From Bacteroidia bacterium (GTDB taxonomy: Bacteria > Bacteroidota > Bacteroidia > J057 > JANRLA01): DNA of 64,000 nt. This document shows, piece after piece, positions 28,867-36,638 of the stretch (the first letter of the stretch is position 1; each line of letters opens with the position of its first letter). Below the pieces are notes generated by a model. It was given only the letters and a program-made list of their open reading frames with translations. It was not told the origin of the DNA and did not search any database. Both the position numbers and the translations under genes were made by a program. Where the stretch lies: the NCBI GenBank assembly GCA_033763015.1, contig JANRLA010000032.1, positions 10,036 through 74,035 of the forward strand, read 5' to 3'.

Positions 28867-30315
28867 TTACACCCGGCGGCGCGAGAGGGCCCAACACCCC
28901 AGGGCCGTAAACAAGCCATTGACCAGCAGGAGCTCGAAGCCAAACTGGTAGCCGCCGAGCAGTTGGCCGTCGTAGCGGCCCACCAGCCATGTGAGCGCCG
29001 GGGCCAGGGCGCACACCACGGGCAGCCAGCGGTCGGTGGGTTGCCAGCGGGTAAAGAGGCCCACGGCGTAGAGGCCCAAAAGCGGCCCGTAGGTGTAGGT
29101 GGCCAGGTCGAGTACCAGCTGGATGACCGACAGCTTGCCCGTACCCAGCCCCTCGGCGGCCCGGAAGCCCACGACAACCAGCAGCGTGGCCAGGGCCATG
29201 GCCAGGTGCGTTCGCTGGCGTGTCCGCCGTGCCGCCGAAGACTCGTCGTCGGGCGAAACGCGCAACAGGTCTACGCACGTGCTGGTGGTCAGGGCCGTCA
29301 GTGAACCATCGGCGCTCGAGTACGCCGCCGCCGTAAGGCCCACCAGAAACAGCGCCGCCGCCAACGGGCCCAGAGGCCCAAAAGCCAGTGCGGCATACAC
29401 TTGGTCGGTGCGCGCGGGTAGGGCAACCCCGGTCTGGTCGGCGTAGGCGTAGAGCACGACCCCCAGCCCGACAAACAAGAGGTTGACCACCACCAGGGCC
29501 CCGCCATACGTGAGCATACTGCGCTGGGCCAGGGGCAGGGTGCGGATGCTGAGGTTCTTCTGCATCTGGTCTTGGTCGAGCCCCGTCATCGTGAGGCAAA
29601 TCAGGGCGCCGGCCACCAGGTCTTTGAGGACAAAGTGGGGGTGGCTGGGGTCGGGCACCACCAGGTAGGCGTAGGGGCTCTGGCCGATGGCCTGTAGCAG
29701 CCCGCCACTGAGCTCGCGGCCCACGAGCCAGAGCGTCACGCCCACGGCCCCCAGAAAGGCGGTCGTCTGCAGGGTATCGGTCCAGAGCACCGTGCCCAGC
29801 CCCCCCCGGAAGGTGTAGAGCAGGATAAAGCCCACCGTGAGCGCAGCGCCCACCCAGAACGGCACCCCCCAGCCATCGAACACCAGGTACTGGAAGACCA
29901 CCGCCACCAGGTAGAGCCGCGCCGCCGAGCCCAGGCCCCGCGAGATGAGGAAGACCACCGCCCCCGTGGTGTAGGCCTGGGGCCCAAAGCGCTGGCCCAG
30001 GTAGCCGTAAATGCTCGTCAGCCGCAGCCGGTAGTAGAGCGGCAGGAGGATGTAGGCGATGGCGATGTAGCCCAGAAAATAGCCCACCACCACCTGCAGG
30101 TAGCTCATGCCCGTGGTACGCACCGCGCCGGGCACCGAGAGGAACGTCACGCCCGAAAGCGAGGTGCCAATCATGCCAAAGGCCACCACATACCAGGGTG
30201 CCGCGCGGCCGGCAAGGTAAAACTGCCCCGCGCCCTGGGCCCGTGTGCGCCACGCCACGGCCAGGAGCAGCGCCAAATACCCCACCAACACCCCAAGAAC
30301 CACCCAGCTGTGCAT
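28867..30315 (-). CDS. sodium:solute symporter family transporter
   Basis: A 482-aa polytopic protein. AGRAAPWYVVAFGMIGTSLSGVTFLSVPG and GGLGTVLWTDTLQ are typical SSF motifs. Confidence 0.85.
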   Translation of the reverse strand: MHSWVVLGVLVGYLALLLAVAWRTRAQGAGQFYLAGRAAPWYVVAFGMIGTSLSGVTFLSVPGAVRTTGMSYLQVVVGYFLGYIAIAYILLPLYYRLRLTSIYGYLGQRFGPQAYTTGAVVFLISRGLGSAARLYLVAVVFQYLVFDGWGVPFWVGAALTVGFILLYTFRGGLGTVLWTDTLQTTAFLGAVGVTLWLVGRELSGGLLQAIGQSPYAYLVVPDPSHPHFVLKDLVAGALICLTMTGLDQDQMQKNLSIRTLPLAQRSMLTYGGALVVVNLLFVGLGVVLYAYADQTGVALPARTDQVYAALAFGPLGPLAAALFLVGLTAAAYSSADGSLTALTTSTCVDLLRVSPDDESSAARRTRQRTHLAMALATLLVVVGFRAAEGLGTGKLSVIQLVLDLATYTYGPLLGLYAVGLFTRWQPTDRWLPVVCALAPALTWLVGRYDGQLLGGYQFGFELLLVNGLFTALGCWALSRRRV

Positions 30316-30351
30316 GGGCAGCGAAGCTACGACCCCCGCGCGGCCGGGCCG

Positions 30352-30834
30352 CTACAACGTACCTACCGCCGTGACCAGCTTGGCCGAGCCATCGGCCTGG
30401 AGGATGACGGTGATGGGGGCGGCCAGCTCGGTGTTCCCGTCTTTGCGGCCAATCCAGAGTTTGTACCAGGTGCCCTCTACACGGGCCGCGCCGTCGCCGT
30501 CGGCCTGGGTGCCGTTTACCTGCGCATGGGTGATGCGTGCGGGCACATGGTACTCGGCCACGTGGGCGTGGTCTTTGGGCAAGCCAAACCGCTCGACGGG
30601 GGTGCGCAGTTTGGCCCCGGTGCTCTCGAGCAGGCTACCGCCGAGCACGGGCAGGGCCTTGGCTGCTGCTGCGTTCACGTCGGGCAGTTGCAGGGCCATC
30701 AGGTAGGTATTGACTGCCCCTACGACCGCTGCGGGCAGGGCATCGGGGGCAATGTCGCGGGTTTCTTGGGCGTGGGCCGGGCTGCCCCATAGGGCCAGCG
30801 CCAGCGCCGCAGCACCCAGTAGGCGGGTGTGCAT
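30352..30834 (-). CDS. hypothetical secreted protein
   Basis: 160 aa with the signal peptide MHTRLLGAAALALALWGSPAHAQ. Confidence 0.55.
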   Translation of the reverse strand: MHTRLLGAAALALALWGSPAHAQETRDIAPDALPAAVVGAVNTYLMALQLPDVNAAAAKALPVLGGSLLESTGAKLRTPVERFGLPKDHAHVAEYHVPARITHAQVNGTQADGDGAARVEGTWYKLWIGRKDGNTELAAPITVILQADGSAKLVTAVGTL

Positions 30835-30929
30835 AGGTTGTGTGCAGTTTGTGTGCGGTAGGTATAACGAAAAAGTTACGTACGTGGTATAGCCTACTCT
30901 GGGTCTGCCTGTCGCCTTACTTTGTACCC

Positions 30930-33365
30930 ATGCCCGCTTCTGGCCCCCCCAACCGCACCCTCGTTACGGCTGCCCTTATTTACGCCAATGGGCCGGTGCA
31001 CATTGGTCACCTGGCGGGCTGCTACCTGCCAGCCGATATCTACGTGCGCTACCTGCGCAGCCGCTACGGGGCAGACAGCGTGCTCTTCGTCAGCGGCACC
31101 GACGAGCACGGCGTCGCCATCACGCTCAAGGCCCGCGCCGAAGGCAAAACGCCCCAGCAGGTTCTAGACCAGTACTACCCCCAGATCAAAGCCACGTTTG
31201 TGGGCCTGGGCATCTCGTTCGATGTCTTTTCGCAGACCCACGGCGCCGCAGGCCCCGCCCCGCTCGGCGAGGGACCCGTCGGCGAAGCCGAGTTGCCCCA
31301 CCTGCGCTACCACCTGCACACCGCCGTCAGCCAGGGTTTTTTTAGCCGGTTTGTAGACCAGGTGGCCGACAAGTACCGGTTTGTCACCCGGCAGGTGGAC
31401 CAGTTCTACGACCCCGAGGCCCAGCAGTTCCTCGCCGACCGCTACATCGTGGGTACCTGCCCGGTGTGCGCCAACCCCAATGCCTACGGCGACCAGTGCG
31501 AGCGTTGTGGCAGCACCCTGAGCCCCGACGAGCTCATCGGGCCCCGCAGCACGCTCTCGGGCGCTACGCCCGTCAAGCGGCCCACCACCCACTGGTACCT
31601 GCCGCTCGATAGCTTCCAACCCTGGCTCGAGCAGTACATCGAGGGCCATGCCAGCACCTGGAAGGCCAACGTCGTGGGCCAATGCCGCTCGTGGCTGCAG
31701 GCAGGCCTCAAGCCCCGGGCCATGACACGCGACCTCGACTGGGGCGTGCCCGTGCCCGCCACCATCCCGGGCCATGAGGGCAAAGTGCTGTACGTGTGGT
31801 TCGATGCCCCCCTGGGCTACATCAGCGCCACCCAAGAGTGGGCCCGCCAACGGGGCACGCCCGACGCCTGGCGCCAATGGTGGCTCACCGGCGGCGCCAC
31901 CGGCCCGGCCAGTGTTAGCGCGCGCCTCGGCCCATCCCCGGGCGCCGACGAGAGCACCCTCACGCCCCGCATCCCGCTCGAGGCCGGCGGCTGGGGCAAC
32001 CTCATGGGCCACCCCGGCCCGCGTACGCGCCTGCCCCGCGACATCGACTACGGCGGTACGCTTACACCCCGCATCCCCCTCAGCGAAGCCGACTGGGGCA
32101 GCCTAAGCCCGCACCCTGTCACCCCTGAGCCTACCGATGCCAGCCCGGCGACCGACCAGCGCCTGGTCCACTTCATCGGCAAAGACAACATCGTTTTTCA
32201 TGGGCTCATCTTCCCGGCCATGCTCCACGCGCACGGGGGCTACGTGGTGCCCACTACCGTGGCGGCCAACGAGTTCATGAACCTGGAGGGCGACAAAATC
32301 AGCACCAGCCGCAACTGGGCCGTGTGGGCCCACGAATACCTGGAAGACTTCGCCCACTACCCGCTGCACGCCGACATGCTGCGGTACTACCTCACGGCCA
32401 TTGCCCCCGAGCAGAAAGACTCCGACTTCAGTTGGAAGGATTTTCAGAAACGGGTGAACGACGACCTGGTGGGCGTCCTGGGCAACTTCATCAACCGCGT
32501 GCTAGTGCTGGCTAGCAAAGGCCTGCACAGTCAGGTACCCAGCGACATTGATCCCGCCCTGCCGACCTCGGGTTTCGGTGCAGTATACGCCGCACTAGAC
32601 GACTTCAGATTCAAAGAGGCCCAAGAGGCCTACTTTGCCTTCGTGCGCGAGGGCAATCAACTGCTCAGCGCCACCGAGCCCTGGAAGCTGGACACCAACT
32701 CGGCCGAATACCGCACAGTTCTCTACCAGTGCCTCCAGTTGGCGGCCCTGTACGCCGTTTTGGTCGAACCTTTCTTGCCCGCCACCAGCGAGCGGCTTAA
32801 GCGTGCGTTGAACCTTGAGGGTATACGGCTAGCAGATGTACCGGCCCTGCGGCCTTTGCTTGCCCCAGGCCATCAGGTAGGCGAGCCCTTCCACCTCTTC
32901 AAGCGGATCGAAGACGCCGACATCGAACGCCAACTGGCCAAACTGGCCGCCAGCAAGGCCCAGACCGCAGTGCAGGCCACACCCACCGCCGATGCCCCTG
33001 CGCCCGAAGCACCCGGCGCGCTGGCACCCTTCAAGCCCGTGGTCGAGTTCAGCGACTTCGAAAAGCTCGACCTGCGGCTAGGCACCGTCGTTAGCGCCGT
33101 GCCCGTGCCCAAAACCGACAAGCTGCTCAAGCTCACCGTAGATCTGGGCCACGAGGTGCGCACCATCGTCTCGGGCATCGCCGAACACTACCGACCTGAC
33201 CAGCTCGTGGGCCAGCAGGTAGTCGTGGTGGCCAACCTGGCCCCACGCAAGCTCCGCGGCATCGAAAGCCAGGGCATGATCCTGTTGGCCGAGGCCCCCG
33301 ATGGGGCCCTAAGCCGCCTGCACACCAGCACCGACACCCTGCCGCCGGGCAGTGTGGTACGCTAA
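30930..33365 (+). CDS. metG: methionine--tRNA ligase carrying in-frame insertions
   Basis: ATG 30930. It has the HIGH motif PVHIGHLAG, the zinc knuckle CPVCANPNAYGDQCERCG, HFIGKDNIVFH, a KMSKS equivalent KISTSRN, and a C-terminal tRNA-binding domain (LDLRLGTVVSA..ANLAPRKLRGIESQGMIL). At 811 aa it is longer than E. coli MetRS. Confidence 0.95.
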   Translation: MPASGPPNRTLVTAALIYANGPVHIGHLAGCYLPADIYVRYLRSRYGADSVLFVSGTDEHGVAITLKARAEGKTPQQVLDQYYPQIKATFVGLGISFDVFSQTHGAAGPAPLGEGPVGEAELPHLRYHLHTAVSQGFFSRFVDQVADKYRFVTRQVDQFYDPEAQQFLADRYIVGTCPVCANPNAYGDQCERCGSTLSPDELIGPRSTLSGATPVKRPTTHWYLPLDSFQPWLEQYIEGHASTWKANVVGQCRSWLQAGLKPRAMTRDLDWGVPVPATIPGHEGKVLYVWFDAPLGYISATQEWARQRGTPDAWRQWWLTGGATGPASVSARLGPSPGADESTLTPRIPLEAGGWGNLMGHPGPRTRLPRDIDYGGTLTPRIPLSEADWGSLSPHPVTPEPTDASPATDQRLVHFIGKDNIVFHGLIFPAMLHAHGGYVVPTTVAANEFMNLEGDKISTSRNWAVWAHEYLEDFAHYPLHADMLRYYLTAIAPEQKDSDFSWKDFQKRVNDDLVGVLGNFINRVLVLASKGLHSQVPSDIDPALPTSGFGAVYAALDDFRFKEAQEAYFAFVREGNQLLSATEPWKLDTNSAEYRTVLYQCLQLAALYAVLVEPFLPATSERLKRALNLEGIRLADVPALRPLLAPGHQVGEPFHLFKRIEDADIERQLAKLAASKAQTAVQATPTADAPAPEAPGALAPFKPVVEFSDFEKLDLRLGTVVSAVPVPKTDKLLKLTVDLGHEVRTIVSGIAEHYRPDQLVGQQVVVVANLAPRKLRGIESQGMILLAEAPDGALSRLHTSTDTLPPGSVVR

Positions 33366-34924
33366 CCGTATTGCGGGAACTGGCCCCAGTCCACCTCTGT
33401 GCCCTTGGGGTGCCGCACCTCAAAGCTGTAGGTGAGCGTGCGGCTCTTGCCGCCCTCCAGGGCAAACTGCCACGTGAGGTGGCCCCGCGCGGCATCGAGC
33501 ACCGCCCCGTGGCCCTCGGCCAGCTCTACCTTCACCTCGCTGTGGCGCGAGACGGGCAGGATGTCTTCTACCTTGAGCTGGATGGGCGTCTTCTTGGTGT
33601 TCTGCAGCGTGATTTCGAAGCCCAGCTTGCGCTTGAGCGTGCCCCCAAAGAGCGACTTGCCCTCGGTGTCGCGCAGCTCTTCGTAGCCCAGCAGCACCTT
33701 GGGGTCGGTGCCCAGCCCGATGCGCAGGCCCGTTTCGTGGGCCTGGGGCTGTAGGCGGGTTTCGCCCACAAAGTCGCCTTCAAAAAACACGTTGGCCAGG
33801 CCCGGCAGCAGGTTGAGCTCGCCCCAACCCTGCAACGTGCCCTGCAGGTACACCTCGGTGCCGAAGCGCGGAAGGGCGTAGTGCTCGTACACCAGCGGCA
33901 GGGGCAGGGTGCGCACCTGCAGGGTGGTGGGTTTGCCGCCGCTGGCGATGTCGTGGGGCACCTCTACCCGGTACTCGACGGCCAGGGTGGCCTCGGTCAC
34001 GGCGACAACGTCTTCGGTGGTGGCGGCGCGCTTCTTTTGGGGCACGGCAGCCATCTCGGCGGCTGGGGCGGCCATCGAGGCCATGACCGCGCCCCCCAGG
34101 TTCATTTCGTAGTCAATGGGCTCGTATTTGTCGATGCGCCAGACGGGCTTTTGGGGCAGGCTCTGGTTGCGCGTGGGCTGGGCCGTGCTCAGGCTGATGG
34201 GCACCTGGTGCCAGTCTACCTCGGTCTGGTTGTGCACCTGGGCGTAGAAGACCAGTTCGGCGGGCTGGTCGGTGCCGTGCACGCGCAGGTCGTAGCGGGG
34301 GCTCCACTGGGCGTGGGTGGCCACGTAGCGCAGTTGGAAGGCAAACTCGCCGGCCTCGGTGGCCTCGAAGCGCACCACGCAGGCGTCGAGCTCGTGCGTC
34401 GTAGGGTGGGCCTGCTGCTCAAGCTCCTGCTGCACCTGCTTGAGCTGGCGGCTTAGCTCGGTGCGCTGGCGCTGTGCGGCGCGTTGCCGCTCGGCGATGT
34501 CAGACAGCCGGGCGCGTACAAAGTCGGTCAGTGCCTTGAGCTCGGCGGCGTGGCCACCCTTTTCGTTGGGGTGCAGCGTGAGGTTGGCCCCCACGGCGCG
34601 GCGCTCTTCGTCGAGAATGGCGCTTTCGTCGGCCAGCACATCCAGTTGGTTCTGTAGCTCTTGGGCCCGCTGCTGCAGCTGGGCGATGTCGGGCAGGTAG
34701 GGGTGGTCGGGCTCGCGGAACACCTTCTTGTGCTGCACGCCCAGCACCATGCCCGTCCCCCAGGCCTTCAGGCGAAAGCTCTGGGTGTCGAGGTAGGGCG
34801 AGAGGCCCTCCAGGTGCAGCGTGTGCAGCCCGGCTTCGAGGTGGGTCTTGGCTTCGAGGGTCAGTTCGGCGCGGTTGGTGTACACCTTCACGTGCACCAG
34901 CCGGTGGTCTAGGGCCAGGTTCAT
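33362..34924 (-). CDS. DUF4139 / MuiA-like (mucoidy inhibitor A family) protein
   Basis: 520 aa. The N-terminus VKVYTNRAELTLEAKTHLEAGLHTLHLEGLSPYLDTQSFRLKA, a central coiled coil and a C-terminal beta-rich region fit the DUF4140/DUF4139 architecture, from memory. Confidence 0.7.
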   Translation of the reverse strand: MNLALDHRLVHVKVYTNRAELTLEAKTHLEAGLHTLHLEGLSPYLDTQSFRLKAWGTGMVLGVQHKKVFREPDHPYLPDIAQLQQRAQELQNQLDVLADESAILDEERRAVGANLTLHPNEKGGHAAELKALTDFVRARLSDIAERQRAAQRQRTELSRQLKQVQQELEQQAHPTTHELDACVVRFEATEAGEFAFQLRYVATHAQWSPRYDLRVHGTDQPAELVFYAQVHNQTEVDWHQVPISLSTAQPTRNQSLPQKPVWRIDKYEPIDYEMNLGGAVMASMAAPAAEMAAVPQKKRAATTEDVVAVTEATLAVEYRVEVPHDIASGGKPTTLQVRTLPLPLVYEHYALPRFGTEVYLQGTLQGWGELNLLPGLANVFFEGDFVGETRLQPQAHETGLRIGLGTDPKVLLGYEELRDTEGKSLFGGTLKRKLGFEITLQNTKKTPIQLKVEDILPVSRHSEVKVELAEGHGAVLDAARGHLTWQFALEGGKSRTLTYSFEVRHPKGTEVDWGQFPQYG

Positions 34925-34954
34925 GGGCTGTGGGGTTCGGGGCCCAAAAGGTAA

Positions 34955-35779
34955 CTACTGCGCCGGGCCGGTGGTAGCGGGCGGAGCGGTGGGGCCCATC
35001 AGCTCGGCGTACGCAGGCAGCGTGGCCAGCTCGGCGCGCACCTCGGCCTCGTCCAGGTACAGCTTTTCTACCCAGCCCATCTGATCAGCAAAGCCCGGCG
35101 GGGGCGCGATGGGCCCATCGGCCGAAAGCACCCGGCGCGTGTACTGCGTGTACTCGAGCATGTGCAGGCCCAGCCCCTGGTACAACACCCGCTTGTCGGT
35201 GGTACTCTCGTGGGCCGCCCGGTAGTCGAGGCTCGTAAAAAAGTGCAGCGGGAAGGCCAGCATCTCAATGCCACTGCGCTTCTGGTAGTACGCCGCGTGG
35301 CCCAGCTCGTGGGCAATAATGGCCACGCACGCGTTGAAGGGCAGCTTGTCGACGTTGATCTGGTTCAGGAAGTCGTTGCCCGTGTCGGTGCTCAAAAACA
35401 CATTGTAGCGCCGGCCACTGCACCCGCCCAGCAGCGTGAGCGGCTCGGGGCGGCTGGCCAGGGGGTAGATGGCCGGGCCCAGCACGAAGCTGACGTTGGC
35501 GTTCTGCAGGCTGGGGTAGTGGGCAATCGCCAACAGGCACTGCAGCTCGTACTGCGGGGGCAGCACCTTGTTTTTGCCGTAGAGGCGGCGCAGGCTATCG
35601 AGCTGGAGGGGCCCGAAGTCGGCGGGGTTGTACAGCGGGCTGGGGGCGCGGCCGGTCTCCCAGACCAGCAGCTGCTCGGGGGCCGGCTTGGCCAGGAAGT
35701 ACACCCCCACCAAAAAGGCCACCACCACACCAAGTACGGCACCAAGGATGACCAGCAGGCGCTTAAGGACGCGTTTCAT
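34955..35779 (-). CDS. membrane-anchored putative zinc metalloprotease (HExxH)
   Basis: It has the N-terminal TM helix LLVILGAVLGVVVAFLVGVYFL and IIAHELGHAAYY, which contains HELGH. The family was not recognised. Confidence 0.5.
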   Translation of the reverse strand: MKRVLKRLLVILGAVLGVVVAFLVGVYFLAKPAPEQLLVWETGRAPSPLYNPADFGPLQLDSLRRLYGKNKVLPPQYELQCLLAIAHYPSLQNANVSFVLGPAIYPLASRPEPLTLLGGCSGRRYNVFLSTDTGNDFLNQINVDKLPFNACVAIIAHELGHAAYYQKRSGIEMLAFPLHFFTSLDYRAAHESTTDKRVLYQGLGLHMLEYTQYTRRVLSADGPIAPPPGFADQMGWVEKLYLDEAEVRAELATLPAYAELMGPTAPPATTGPAQ

Positions 35780-35804
35780 GGCGCCAAACTACAACGCGGC
35801 AGTA

Positions 35805-36080
35805 CTACGGCTTCGGGAAGCGGCCCTCCAGCACGTGAGCAATGAGGATGTCTTCATCGAGGGCCTCCCACCGCAGGGCGGTCTGCTCGTAGCTGAAGGC
35901 CACCTCGGCCAGCTGGGCGTCGGTGGCAGCTCGCAGTAGCGGGTACCGGTCGGCAGGGAAGCCTACCGTACGGCCATCGGGCAGCAGCAAGAGCACCTGG
36001 CGACCCTCCACCCATACTTTCTCGGCCCGAGGCCTGCCGTAGACGTGGGTCTCAGTTTGAATGGTAGGTGCGGTAAGCAT
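35805..36080 (-). CDS. DUF2442 domain protein (copy 1)
   Basis: 91 aa. VWVEGRQVLLLLPDGRTVGFPADRYPLLRAATDAQLAEVAFSYEQTALRWEALDEDI matches the DUF2442 pattern. Its start overlaps the upstream DUF4160 ORF by 29 nt. Confidence 0.7.
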   Translation of the reverse strand: MLTAPTIQTETHVYGRPRAEKVWVEGRQVLLLLPDGRTVGFPADRYPLLRAATDAQLAEVAFSYEQTALRWEALDEDILIAHVLEGRFPKP

Positions 36081-36288
36081 CTAGGAGCATCTGTTGATTG
36101 TCTTTGGTGTAACGCAGTATTTGGTTCAGGCGGTGCGCAGGCAGGCCGCCATCTTCGGCGATTTTAAGTGTTTCAAGCCAGATTTTGCAGAGGTACTTCT
36201 CATAGCCTACATGAATGTGCGGTGGCTCACGGCCTTCGGCTGAAAAGAAGAAGAACTTATAGGGGCCAATTCTGAGTACTGTAGGCAT
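36052..36288 (-). CDS. DUF4160 domain protein
   Basis: 78 aa. MPTVLRIGPYKFFFFSAEGREPPHIHV is the characteristic DUF4160 N-terminus. The segment is visibly AT-richer than its neighbours. Confidence 0.7.
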   Translation of the reverse strand: MPTVLRIGPYKFFFFSAEGREPPHIHVGYEKYLCKIWLETLKIAEDGGLPAHRLNQILRYTKDNQQMLLDAYRTYHSN

Positions 36289-36345
36289 ACTGCTACACTA
36301 CTATTTTTCACTTGAGCTTTACCCAAAGGCAAGAACAACGTTTTG

Positions 36346-36621
36346 TCATTTCAATACTTCAAGCGGCAATTGAAAATACCCTCGCAACACCCCCGCTACC
36401 GTCAAATCTTCGTCCAACTCCTCCCAGCGCAAGGTCTCGCCGTAGCGTCTAATTTCTACTTGCTTGAGCTGCGCTTCGGTACCGGCCTTGAGCAGCTTGT
36501 AGCCATCGGCCGGGAAGCCCAGCAGGCGGCCATCCACCAGTTCCAGCCAAATCATCCGGCCCTCGGCCCAGGCACGCACGGCCCGCGCGTTTACCAGCTC
36601 GGTGTAGGTGGGCGTTTCCAT
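36346..36621 (-). CDS. DUF2442 domain protein (copy 2)
   Basis: 91 aa. AWAEGRMIWLELVDGRLLGFPADGYKLLKAGTEAQLKQVEIRRYGETLRWEELDEDL is paralogous to 35805..36080. Confidence 0.7.
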   Translation of the reverse strand: METPTYTELVNARAVRAWAEGRMIWLELVDGRLLGFPADGYKLLKAGTEAQLKQVEIRRYGETLRWEELDEDLTVAGVLRGYFQLPLEVLK

Positions 36622-36638
36622 ACCCGTAAACTACGCAG

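Noticed and set aside
28712-30253. A 513-aa ORF in an alternative frame on the same strand as the SSS transporter.
   Set aside because: Its composition is extremely rich in Pro, Arg and Gly. The 28867..30315 frame gives a coherent polytopic SSF transporter.
31164-32012. A 282-aa minus-strand ORF inside metG, covering the insertion region.
   Set aside because: The MetRS frame stays open and regains canonical motifs on both sides of the insertion. Nothing supports the antisense frame.
31884-32156. An intein in MetRS.
   Set aside because: The insert is only about 90 aa and of low complexity. It lacks the N-terminal Cys/Ser and the C-terminal His-Asn plus nucleophile junction residues and the splicing blocks.
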